A stretch of 64,000 nt of DNA from Lama guanicoe. Taxonomy: Eukaryota. This document shows positions 11,017 to 22,759 of the stretch, piece by piece. Each line of letters begins with the position of its first letter. The first letter of the stretch is position 1. A program made the position numbers and the translations under genes. The notes under the pieces are model-generated. The model ran no database searches and was not told where the DNA came from. It worked only from the letters and a program-made list of their open reading frames with translations. Location of the stretch: NCBI GenBank assembly GCA_013239625.1, contig MU054391.1, forward strand, positions 6,593,824-6,657,823. Direction: 5' to 3'.

Positions 11017-12099
11017 GAGGTCTTGAGCTCCTAACAACTCTTATTATCAGAGGTTGAATAAGGGAAGGTTTTGAACAGCAGGAGTGATGTAACCAAAACA
11101 GGACATCCTGAGCTGCAGCAGACGAGGCTCGGCAATCGACAGAAGAACGCAGAACCCAGACTCTGTTGGAGGCCGTGCAGCCGCGGGCAGTGGAGAAAAG
11201 GCCTGAGCAAGTGGGACCTGAGGCTGTGCTCAGGGGGCAGGAGAGCCCTGCTCCTCAGCCTGCCCCCCAGCGCCCCGCAGTCCCGCCTCTTCCACCGCCT
11301 CTCTGCCCCCGTCTCCCACGTGCCGATCGGAGCTCCGCTCATGGCTACGCTGCTCTCTGCCTGCTGCCCCGGGAGCAGCTGCTGTGGGCATATCTGAAAG
11401 CCGGCAGGACAGAGAAGGCTGTGGTTTTCTTTCCTCTGTCCTGCCACCTGTAATTTCCAAAAGGATTCCTGCCGCATGACGCATTCTTCTCCCACAGAGT
11501 GGAAGGGAGGTACTGAGCTCTTATGTCCAGCTGCCAGACTTCTCATCCCCTCCCATCTGTGCTCAAAGTCTCACTGGAAAACCTCTTTGCAAGAGAGCTC
11601 TGTTCGCAGCCCCCTTGCACCCTCGCCTTCAGTGGCTCTGGGCAAACTCTCCTGGGGAGATCAGGTAGCCTGCATCTCCGCTACTGGCCAGTGGGACCTT
11701 CTTTTAGATCCCACAGCCCCACCCAGCCCCCACCAGCTACTGCCCATGGACACGATACTTTCCAGGCTTCGGAAGTCCCTACCCGTCACCTCAGCTGTAC
11801 AGCCATTGCCAGAAGATGGGCGAACAGGTCTCCCCAGGACCTGTCCCCTTGCTGGCTGGTCGCCCCTCACATCTTGGACCTTGAGCTCAGAGCCCTCTGC
11901 TCCCCAACTCACCATGTTCTATGTGCATCTACGTCTGCAGCTTCTCCTGCTTGGACTGCCAGTTGCTCCTCTTTTTTGCCAGGGAAGTTTTAGTTATTTA
12001 TTTAATGCTTTGGCTAAGCATCTTCTGAGGGATTAGTGATTAGTTCCCGTTGACTCATGCACCAACTCCAACCTGCTACCCACTCTGCCATCCCAGGTG

Positions 12100-12250
12100 C
12101 GTTTCATAGCTTCCTCCACGGTAGCATGGACATGTTTGCTTCTCTGTCTTCACATTTAGGTCAGGAGTTTTCCAAGGGCACAGCGGGCGTCTGTTTTACT
12201 CCTGAAGTCAAGCTCTTATGGGTGTTTACTCAACAAAAGTTGAATAAGTG
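12100..12250 (+). mobile_element. L2 3' end
   Basis: 'gagttttccaagggcacag...ctgttt...actcaacaaaagttgaataagtga'. Confidence 0.5.
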
Positions 12251-12299
12251 ACTTGGTGAGTGTCGGGGGCATGGGAGGTGATCAGACCGCTCTCTCCTC

Positions 12300-12768
12300 T
12301 GTGCCACCTGCCTCTACAAAGGTTCGATCATGAGCCACCGCAGCCGCTGACCTTCACCACGCCCTGAAAAGAGTTCAGGGCAGAGCTCAGGAACGAGGCG
12401 TTCTGTGCTCCGGGAAAAACTGGCAGAACAGGACTTCACATAGTCAGATATTTTCAGAAGATTTTATGAGCCCAAATTCTTGCATCTCCTCACATCTAGA
12501 AAAGCACTAAAATCATTAATGGAGACATCTGCTCCTTGTGACTAGCAGTAGCCTTCACAAGACTAGCAGCAGCTTTCTGCAAAAATGTGTACTCGACTGC
12601 CCAGGCCCTCTTCACTAAAATCATGTATAATACTGACCTCCTCCCACCTCTTCGGAGCAGTTCCCCAGAGCTGTCTGGGGGGCTGTCTTCCAGGCTGTAG
12701 TCCTCATTTTGCCCCAAATAAAACTTAACTCACAACTCTCACATTGTGCTTTTTTTTTTTCAGTCACT
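12300..12768 (+). mobile_element. ERV1 solo LTR, MER41-like (artiodactyl type)
   Basis: Starts TG; 'aaaagagttcagggcagag...gggaaaaactggcagaacagg'; ends 'gtagtcctcattttgccccaaataaaacttaactcacaactctcacattgtgc...cagtca'; AATAAA at 12717-12722; no internal ERV sequence; TSD unclear. Confidence 0.8.
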
Positions 12769-13624
12769 ATCTGCATAAATAATCTTTCTAAATGTATAAG
12801 AAAGAGTTTGAAAAGCCTGCTCACCACCCTTGAACTAGCAGAGCTTTGGGGACTGGGGAAGAGGGGTCACCCACACATGGATGAGGCAGGGAGGGAGGGA
12901 GCAGGGTTACAGGAAAGGGCCAATGAGCAGGGTGGCTGGGAATTTTGGCCAAGGAGTCATGCTGAGATCATCTGAGCCCCCTGGAAGTCTGAGGACTTCC
13001 TTGCAGGGACACCCACTGCCCTGGGATGGAGGCTGGGGCCACTTTAGTGGGTGTCGGGGAAGAGGCAGGAGGAGTGGGGCGGCTGGCTGTGGTCACTAGG
13101 GTTACCAGCTGGGCTCTCTCAATGTCCCTGTATGCACCTCCTTCCCTCAGGAGCTCCCCACACCTGCTTCCTCCTCGGCAGGTGTCCTCCCACCATCCCC
13201 AGCCCCTCCCAAGGTCCTCTCTCCCCTGGGGCACTTACAATTCTCCCCTCTGTGCTCCTGTCCCATCAGCCTCAGTCACGTCTGAGGTCCGCCTCTGGGG
13301 ACCAGACCAGGCTCCACCTCTCCCTCTCTTGGACTTGTGCCCCAGGGATCCAGGGGTGCGCAGTTCACCACACCCTCCTCATCACCACACCCTCCTCACA
13401 GGCCTCCTTGCTGCCACCCACAGGGCTCAGCCCGCCCTGCCCTCCTTCTTCCCCTTTCTGGGCATTTCATTCGTTGGACCCAATGCATATTCCCTGGGGG
13501 CTGCTATTGGCCACCTCTTCAGAAAGCCTTTCCTGATGGCTGGCCATCTCCCCAGGCTGCCTCGGTGCCTTCTGCCATCCACCCCAAGCTCCCCCTGCTC
13601 ACCTGTCCCTCAGCCTTTGGCAGC

Positions 13625-13760
13625 ATCTCTGTGAACACAGTAGCCAGCCTGTGAGCTCCTTGAGGACGGAAGCCACGCATTATTGGTCTCTGGCCACAGC
13701 CTGGTTCAGAGGAGAGATTGGTGGGTCTTTGTTGACTGACTGGATGACTGAAAGACTGAA
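13625..13760 (+). mobile_element. L2 3' end
   Basis: 'gcctgtgagctccttgaggacgga...tttgttgactgactggatga'. Confidence 0.6.
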
Positions 13761-14509
13761 AGGAAAAGCACTGGATTCCACCAGCTTGAAATCCATAAGC
13801 CCCCTTCTTTGAGAAGGAGATTTCCTCATTTATAGGAATTCTCCGTCATCATTCATCACCGTGGGCTTTAAGAATGTGGAAATGTGCAGCCATACAGCAG
13901 ATACAGCTCTGAGGACAATCTTTCACGAATGTGAAGGATACTCCTGCATCTCACCTGTTTTGAGCCCCTGGGCTCACCCCCCCAATCCAAGGTGACCCCA
14001 CTGTGCATTCCACTTCTGGGATGGGCAAGGACCCCTGTGAAATCGGAGATAAAATCAAAGCAAAAATCAAATAATCTCCCGGTTCAAGGGGATGCGTGGA
14101 CGTTTTCATGTCCTTGGTTGGATTCACCAAGAAGATTGCAAAGTGACTGTAGAAACTTTCTGACTCCAGGGGAACGAACCAGGTACAAAATCACCAAGCA
14201 GACGGCCTCCCCGATCTTTCTCACTTCCCCACTGGAATCTCATTTCTCTCTCTCACCCTGCAAGGATAAGGAATTTATAGACATGCCCCCTTCCTGCAGA
14301 GGAAAGTCAGGTCTGAGGAACAAGCTGCATCCTTAGTATGACATTCCCCTCTTCTGAGGGGCACGTCTCTGTCTTGAGGAGCACTCAGCCCATGTCAGTT
14401 TCTGGGGTCAGATGAGCCCCTTCCTCCTGGCTGGAAGGAGCCTTCCAGGGGTCTACCCGCCAGTGGAGAGTTTGCCTGCCCCTCTTCCCCCCCACCCCCA
14501 GAGGCCGGA

Positions 14510-14740
14510 CTGTGAAGTCGTGAATTTTGTGGGTTTCAGAGTGGGAGGATTGGATTTGAACTTCAGTTCTGCTATTTACTTGAAGTGGTGCTGTCGTGAG
14601 TTATGGGATCTTGTGGAGTCCAATGTTTCCTCTTCGTAAAATGGAATAATAACTCCTCACTGGGTTGTGTGAAAATTGAACCCCCAAATGACCCAAAGCC
14701 ACAGAAGCTAACCCATAGATAACATGCAATAAATGGTGTT
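14510..14740 (+). mobile_element. MIR SINE
   Basis: 'ggatttgaacttcagttctgctatttact...tttcctcttcgtaaaatggaataataac...gggttgtgtgaaaattga'. Confidence 0.7.
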
Positions 14741-14859
14741 GCTTCTCCCCTGTCACGCCCTCCTGGGGTCACTCGTGACACGTGCCATGGCTCACATCAG
14801 GTTGGGGGAGGGGCCGGGGGATTGTGGAGGGAGGGGAATTGGCTGCATAAACCAAAGTT

Positions 14860-16110
14860 GACTCTCAAACAATAACAGAAAACCGGATAAGTGATCAGAG
14901 CAGAAGATAACTCAAGCATGCTATCTCCATTTCAAATAAGTAGAACAAAACAAAATAAACTCCTACCGTAGAACTAAATAAAGTCAAGTTGGATTAAACA
15001 TTACGTGTTAAAAAAAAAACCTGTTAAAGTACAAGGGGAAAACATGATTTAGTATCTATATACTGTGAAGGTGAAAGAAGACTCTTCAAATGTGATGCCA
15101 AAGGCAGAAACTCTCAAAAAATAAATGATACATAAAATTGATATATTTGGTCATAAATAAAAAATAAAATTGATAGATTTGATCATAAAAGGAGAACAGC
15201 TCTCCTCCCCAAACTGGTCATAAATATGACCAAAGTAATCGACAACCTTGGAGAACACATTTATAATATGTAAGGCTGGTTAGAGCTTCAACCACCATAA
15301 AATGTAAGTAGCTGTTAAAGATCAGTCTAGAAGAGAAATATAAAAGGGCATGGAAAGATATCACACAGAAGGAAATATAATTGTCCAATATATGAATACA
15401 TATTCAACTGCATATTAATCAAATATATGCCAAACAAAGTACTATTTTGCCTTATCTTTCAGCTGGCAATAATTGGTGAGCAAAGGTGCAGAGAAATTGG
15501 CATTCGTAAATACACTACTCTTGAGTCTAGAAATGCATATGACTTTTATGGAGGCATTTTGGTAATGCATTTGAAAAATCTAAATTTTTGCATACCCTTT
15601 GTCCCAGTAAGTCCATCTTCAGGAATTTATTCCAAGGAAATAATCACAAATATATAGACTTCATTGTGAGGACATTTGTAGCAGTACCATTCACCCGAAA
15701 AAGTGGACAAAATAGAGGATTGATTTCATACCACTTCGAATATTATGTGATTATTAAAATAATATAGTAGAGAGACAATAATAGGAGAATATATGTGTAT
15801 CTATATTATTCATATATGTGTATTATTCATATGTATATGAATAATATGTAGGTGAATGTTCAGTAAAATAGGGAGAAGTTATTGTATATAGTTAGGTTAA
15901 AAAAAGCAGGCTACAAATTAGTAATGTATTCATTATAAGCCTGGATTTATTTTTTTCGTACGTTTATGCATAGAAAGAAACACTGTATATATGAGGACAG
16001 CAGTAAACTCAAGGGAATAATTTTTATTTTCTACTGTTTGGTTCTCAACATTTTCTATTTTTCTCTGAAATGAATATTTATTACTTTGCAACAAGACACA
16101 ATTTTTATTT
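14860..16110 (+). mobile_element. Old L1 (L1ME/L1MC-like) ORF2 end and 3' UTR relic
   Basis: A-rich block with L1 motifs 'catacccttt gtcccagtaagtccatcttcaggaatttattccaaggaaataatc', 'ggaggcattttggtaatg'. Confidence 0.75.
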
Positions 16111-17224
16111 CAAGCAATTTTTATTTAAGGGAAAGAATGTTCCACTTTGACTATAGCTGAGTCTACTGTCCTAAGGTTCTCTTTGAGACGTCGGTTCATA
16201 AAGGTCATAGATGCGGACAGAATGCCAGTTTATGGGTGCAGGTACCCCCGACAGGAGGGGCTAAAGCAGCACATCAGTCACCAAATCTCCACTCGGGAAA
16301 AATGAGTGAAACTGGGGAATTTATTTTAAAGTAAGGGGCCAGCTGGGCTTCAAAGTCCCAGCGGGATGTAGCATCTCAGGTCTCCGCAGTCTCCCCGGCT
16401 GTGTCTTTGTTGGCTGCGGTCAAGTCTGGATGGACAGTCACGGAGAGAAAGTGTCTGGTGGCCACGGTCCGGGCTCGGTGAGTCGGGTGGGAGCTGGCAA
16501 GAAGGCTGCAATGGCAAAAAAGAGGTAACGCGTCGTGGGAAGCCAGTGCCGGGAGGAAGTGATGGCCTCGGAGGGAACGAGGAGTCAGCGTGAGGACTTG
16601 GGCTCCTCCAGGGAGGGGGATGGCTTGGCTCCGTCCCCACAGCCCCCATAGTCCCCTTGGTCCTGGCGGGTCCCCTCAGAGAGGCCATGGCCTCGCGCTC
16701 CCGGCAGCACTGACAGAAAGCTCTGAATCATTTGTATCTGGAGATGAAAGCAGATTGAGGAGTGGGCCATTGGTCCGAGGAGGTGGTTCTGATGGTGATT
16801 CTCCTGCCATCCACTGGGATTTCCAGACAGAACCACAGCTCAGAGCTGCCTAGAATCCAAGAGAAAGAGGCACCTTTTCTTAGGGGGATAAAACTCAACG
16901 TGAGAGTGATGCCTTGGGAATAGCAGACATTCCAAATGTAGTCTCCGTCCCAACCACAGGATGTGGTCCCACCGCACCCTTGTTGCAGGAGCCTCAGGCT
17001 TTGGATCATACAATTCCTACATCCACAGTCAGCAGTGGGAAGTGATGGTGACAGGATCCAAAGAGGGACAAGCCATGGGACAGAGCTGGGGCCTGAGGAA
17101 GCAGCAGGCAGGGCCGCCAGAAGGGCAGACCCGTGCCCCCATGCAGCCGTGCCCCAAGGAGCTGGGAATCCCAGCTCCCGCAGCAGAGGCCCCAGGTGCT
17201 CCCAGGATGGGCGCCCGCTCCTGC

Positions 17225-17360
17225 CTCTGGAGGAGTGACCTGCACGGTCACACAGGTTTGACTCTCTGCTGCTGCTGCCCTGTCTTGAAATTCCTAGCAA
17301 TTTTTGGACAAGATTCCTTGTGTTTTCATTTTGCCTGGGCCCTGCAAATTATAACTGATG
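17225..17360 (+). mobile_element. MER91A-like hAT-Tip100 MITE
   Basis: 'gtgacctgcacggtcacacagg...tgtcttgaaattcctagcaatttttggacaag...ttttcattttgcctgggccctgcaaattat'. Confidence 0.7.
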
Positions 17361-17379
17361 AATACAGCCCTTGTTTTAA

Positions 17380-18225
17380 AATTATTATTGAACGAAAATT
17401 CTTATAACATAGAATTCACCATTTCAACCGTTTTAAGGTATACAACTCAGTGGCTTTAATACAATCACAGTGTTATGCCACCATTATCACTGTCTCATTT
17501 CAGAACATCTTCATCACCCTAAAAAGAAATCCCACCCCATTAAGTATTCACTCTGTATTTTTCCCTCCTTCCAGGCCCTGATACTCATTCATCTATTTTC
17601 TGGATTTGCCTATTCTGAGCATTTCATATAAATGACATTGCACAATATGTGTGTGGTCTTTTTCTTTTCTGTTGTCAAGTTTCATCCTTGTTGTAGTGTG
17701 TATCAGGATTTCATCCTTCTTTACAGCTGTATAATACTCCCCTGCGTGGATACACCACACTTTTTCAATTGATGCATCTGTTGATATACATGTAGATTGT
17801 TTTTACTTTTTGGCTATTACAAAGGACTCTGTTCAAACCTCTGTATCCAAGTTTTTTTTGACATATGTTTTCATTTATGCCAGGAGTGGAATTGCTGGGT
17901 CACATGGTAACTGTATCCTGAAATTTTTGTGGAAACTACATGCTATTTTCCACAGCAGCTGCCTCATTTTAATTTCCACCAGCAACGTGTGAGGGTTCCA
18001 GTTTCTCCACATCCTTATCAACACTTATTTTTTGTTGTTTTGATTACAGCCATCCTCGCGGGTGTGAAGTGATACCTCATCGCGGCTTTGGTTTACATTT
18101 TCCTGATAACTAAGGATGCTGTGCCTCCACTCATATGCTTATTGGTCATTTGCAGATCTTTGGAGAAGCATCTGTCAGATCCTTTGCCCATTTGTTAATT
18201 GGCTATTTGTCTTTTTGTTGTTTGT
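17380..18225 (-). mobile_element. L1MB-like 3' region
   Basis: 'ataacatagaattcaccatt...gtatacaactcagtggc', 'ggagtggaattgctgggtcacatggtaac', 'gagggttccagtttctccacatcctt'. Confidence 0.88.
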
Positions 18226-19309
18226 TCTACACCCTGCCTTTGGATCCCTGGGAGGTTTCATGTCCCCAATTCTGCCACCCGCAATCCCACCACAGTCTGC
18301 CCCTCAGCCAGCATGAGCAAGTCTTCTTGTCTTTCCCCCAGAAACACAGGTATTAAGTGTTTTACCATTTCCATCTCTCCTTTTGTCTAACTCCCTCCAA
18401 AGGTGCTAATTTCTCCTTTGGGCTTTTAGTTTGGGTAACATTACCCCATCCAAATATGTCCCTTTAGGCAGCGCCGTCCTGGCTCATTGGACATGTGGGA
18501 CTGTTCTTAAATTTATCCATTAAGCCTTAGGCAATTAGCATAATTCTGAGACTTCCTCCCCATTTGGGAGGAAAGAAAGCCATTTGCCACACTCAGCCAC
18601 AGATTCATTAAGAACGTAGTCAGTGAAGGGCTGTTGATGGCGCTTCCTGCTCGGGGCAAAGTCACAAAAGGAAACAGGTCACTACACACTAAGGAGTAAC
18701 TCTCTTTCTTCCTAAGTCTGACACAGTGATTTATGCACTTTGAAGATTTCCAGCATTTCAAAACAAAACAAAGCAAAAAAAATCACCACAACATTCGCAC
18801 TGTGGTCCAGACAACATTGTGTTTCTGGCGAACATGAACAACATGTGATTTCTTGTGACAAAATATTACAAGGAAGGCTTTTGGGCACGACCATCCAAGA
18901 TGCTGCAGGTGCCGAGAGAAAGACCATCAACCCTCATCCTCTACTGGGGGCCGGCAGCATCGTCCAATGAAACGGAATGCACCAGATTGCTTATGAACTC
19001 ATTCGTTCTGCCTTTTTGCTGGTATAAAAATAAGCAAAAAATGAGTGTGTCTTCCAGCTATGGTAGATTGTGCAATAGAAGAAATAAAATCAAGAAGCTT
19101 CCACCGTGGTTCAGATCAGGACTAAGCCCCACATCCCGGGATGGCGGGAATGAGGCACGGGACTGCTGGGTCCTGGATCCTTGTCAGGTTCAGGCTCAGC
19201 CTCTGCGTTCTTCGCCTCGAGGGCTTGACCCAGAACCCGGATCAAGGGGAGAGTTCCAGGCCCTGTGGTTTGACTCTCCTGGGCCTGCGGTTCAGAGATG
19301 AGCACACAG

Positions 19310-19445
19310 GACTTGAGGCTCTACAGCTGGACACACTGTGATTTGGGGCAGGTCACTCACCCTCCTGTGTCTGAGTGTCCTCAACTGTAAAAATGGGGCA
19401 GTTTTTGTACCTACATCAGAGGCTTATATATGCTAATCATTGTCA
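19310..19445 (+). mobile_element. MIR SINE
   Basis: 'ggggcaggtcactcaccctcctgtgtctgagtgtcctcaactgtaaaaatgggg'. Confidence 0.65.
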
Positions 19446-19569
19446 TATGTCACATTCAGACTATCCTGCTGTATTGGAAATAGTTCTAGTCACTGGGAGC
19501 CACTCCCTCACAGCGATCTTAAGAGCTTCAACAGTCTTATTCACAGATGCTAGTGGTCCCCAGCCCTGT

Positions 19570-19937
19570 CCCCAGCCCACAGGTCTTACCAGGGCACTGC
19601 ACTCTGCTGACTGCCACGGCCAGTATCCAGGAATGCAGGCCAATTAACACCCCCAGTTCTCTGCACCTCAACCAATGACTGATAGGAGTAGGATACATAC
19701 CCCCACTCCCTCCCAGGGTGAGAGCTCAGATGTGTGTCCTGCAAGGGCTCCAGGGTCCTGCAGGATGGACCTCAGTTGCCCACAGTGGGGACGTACTTGG
19801 TGACGCGCCCTCACTGTTGCCCTCCCTTCCCTTCTTCTGTTCTTGCTGCCCTCCTGTTTCCTGGGATCACTGCCCTCATGATTTCCTCAAACTGAGCCCT
19901 GTCTCAAGGTTGCTTCTGGGGATCCCAGACAAGGACA
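19570..19937 (+). mobile_element. LTR16-like ERVL LTR
   Basis: 'cctcaaccaatgactgataggag', 'cctcagttgcccacagtgg', end 'ctcaaggttgcttctggggatcccagacaaggaca'. Confidence 0.75.
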
Positions 19938-20779
19938 GAGCCCAAACCTGCCTTAGACTTCTTCCCACTGGGCCTGGCCACCCCTCCAACATCCAGGAAC
20001 AGAGAGCCTTCCAGTATTGGGGGAAGGGCCTCCTGGTTCCCTGCAGTCTGGGTCCTGGAAGCCTTTTAGTCACCCCTTTTGGGGAATGGGTTCCCACATG
20101 GTCCTCAGACAAATTCCAGCCCTCATCACTCTCCTGAGACCTTGTAGTTTTGCAGAACACAAGAGGGCACACCCAGGGAGCCAACTCAGGGTCCTGAGAT
20201 TCCTTGGTCTTGACACTGAATTTGAACGACCTTAAAAAAGATAAAGAGAAAAAAGCTGCAGGTTTCATGGCTGTATTATGGGAGACAGGAAGGGAAGAAG
20301 GAAATACCCATCAGGCCTTACTGGGTGTCAGGCGCTGTGCTAAGTGGTCCTGCATCAGGATTTCGCTTTGGCCCAGGGTCACCTGGCACGTGTCTTATTC
20401 TCTCACCTCCCTCCTGGGAGCCCTGATGTCTGCAGGTGCAATCTGTCCCATCCACTTCAGCATGGCTTCCTTCCGCCCTCTGGGCCACCTGCTGGGGGCT
20501 GCTCGCCCTGCACCAGGTGCTGGGGGATAAGCCTGCTTGGACCTTCCCATAGTTTAGTTTGGGAGTCAGATTAATACAAAAATAACCCAGGACCAGCCAG
20601 ATGGTGATGAGGCTAAAATAGAGGCTCACAGAGCATGGGATCTGGGAGAGGGAGAAACGAGCCATGGTCAGGGTCGGGAGCCTGGCGAGGGCATCTGTAA
20701 GCATGTTGTGGAGGAGGCGGAATTCAGGCTGGACGTTGAAGAAAGAACAGCCGGAAAGGCTGCTGAGACTAACAAGCAA

Positions 20780-20960
20780 CAGTCACTAACATTTGTGCCC
20801 AGAACTGGTCCGGGCACTTAACACTTTTAAATTCATTTAACCTCTCCCCACCTCATCAGGTGAGGGCTAGTATTACCTATCATTTGACAGAGGAGGAAAC
20901 TGGGGCACAGTCACGTGACACCATTTGACAAAGGTCACATGAATTGGAAGTGGAAGAACA
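20780..20960 (-). mobile_element. MIR SINE (continues after the L1 insertion to ~21260)
   Basis: 'ttcatttaacctc...catttgacagaggaggaaactggggcacag...aaggtcaca'. Confidence 0.75.
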
Positions 20961-20967
20961 GGGTTTT

Positions 20968-21224
20968 TTTTTTTAATTGAAGTATTGTTCATGTACAATG
21001 TTGTGTTAGTTTCTGATAACAGCAAAGTGATTTGGTTATACATTTATAAACGTATGTATTCTTTTTCAGATTATTTTTCATTGTAGGTTATTACAAGATA
21101 TTAAATATAGTTCTCTGTGCTATAAAGTAGGACCTTGCTATTTATCTATTTTATATATAGTAGTTTGTATCTGCTAATCTCAAGTTCCTAATTTATCCCT
21201 CCCCACCCCGCCTCCTCCCCCCAG
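20968..21224 (-). mobile_element. Short L1 3' tail inserted in MIR
   Basis: 'ttaattgaagtattgttcatgtacaatgttgtgttagtttc...taatttatccctcccc'; TSD gaacagggtttt (20956-20967) / gaacaggatttt (21225-21236). Confidence 0.88.
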
Positions 21225-22718
21225 GAACAGGATTTTGATTCTGGCGGCCCCATTGCAGAATAAGGCTGAGCGGAAAGGCCTCCTGGACTCAGTGGATGCT
21301 CTGAGCCGAGACTAGGGAACCGCAAACCATGCAGAAGACACTGGGATGCAGGGCCGGGGCCCCTGGGGATGTGATGTGTGCTGTGAGCTGAGACCCATCA
21401 GACAGACAAGGGCCTAGAACGCTCAACTGAGATGTTTGGCCACCATCACGGGGTGAAGGGGGGCGCTCCAGAGACGGCTGCAGAGGGGACACGGGCAGAC
21501 TGGAAGTTTCTAAAGACCATCACAGCAGAGGAAGGGGAATGCAGGATAGACGTGGCTTGAGAAAGAGAAAGGCCAGTTCACACAGCCCAGGAGTCTTGTC
21601 TGGGTTGATTTGTGTCTAGACACGGAAATCAACAGACACTTAAACCTTACACAACATGCCTCGTGGCATCTTTAACTGCACGCCTGGAGTTAACCACTGC
21701 GTGACCACAGCCTGGCCGCCCTGTCCACACTCTCAAATGCCCGCAGGCTTCGGCAGCTGCCTGGGCAGTTCTTCCTGAAAGAGAGCTCTCGTGGTTATTA
21801 TTTTAGTTTCACTCTGATCTTGAGCAGAGTTTTCAGGAGGAAAGTCCTGTGGTCAGGGTGTGACACTCCCTACTGGTCTCCCAGAGCGGCACCTGCAATC
21901 AGTCAGTGTTGGGGAGGCCCCGCGCAGCCCCTCTGCCCCTGCAGGGGGAGGAGGTGAAACGTAGTAAAAAGCCAGATTCTGTCCGTAGGTCACGTCTTCC
22001 CTCCAGACGTGTTCTGACCTCACCCTGGGCCAAAGTCTCGCCTGCCCTTCAACGGTCAGTTAATACCCATGACCCTGGGGGAGAGAACAGAGGTTGAAGG
22101 GTTTAGCACAGCTGCAGGATCAAAGGAAGTGGCCTGGACAAGAGAGTTAGCCCTGATTTCTCATCCCTCATCAGCGCTGCCATGGGGCGGGGACTCTCCT
22201 CCAGGACACCCCGACCCAGGCATGAGGACGTCTCAGCGAGATGCCTCTTTACATTTCTGCTCTGTCCACAAGAGCCTGACTCACGCCACCTCCATTTGAT
22301 CTGATGTCCTCAGTTTACAGTGTGTCCTGGACAGTCCTTGAGGGCCCTGTCCACTCTGGGGCACCTTTGCCTGCTGAGATGACCTGCCCATTGTCACCCC
22401 ACCACCACTGTTGCCTGCCCTGCTGCTTACAAGGAGGGGCCTTAGACAGCAAGGAAGAGAGCCACTGGGAGAAAGAGGCCTGACCTCCTCCACTGGCTCC
22501 CCTGACCCCACGTGCACCCATAATCTGCCGCCCTCAGAAGCAGGAGGTACGAGAGTAGGAGACCGTGGGAGTGGATGTGTGAGGATGACTCATGAGTGTA
22601 ACTGTGCCTTTTCCCACGTGTCTTACCTAATACTCAGGAGAGCACAGGTAGATATCGTTACACTCAATTCTGCGCAGAAACTGAGGCTCAGAGAGACCGA
22701 ACACTTGTTCCAGGTGGG

Positions 22719-22720
<2 letters not shown>

Positions 22721-22756
<36 letters not shown>
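22721..22756. repeat. (GA)18 microsatellite
   Basis: Perfect GA run, adjacent to an antisense MIR fragment ('cagaaactgaggctcagagag'). Confidence 0.97.
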
Positions 22757-22759
<3 letters not shown>

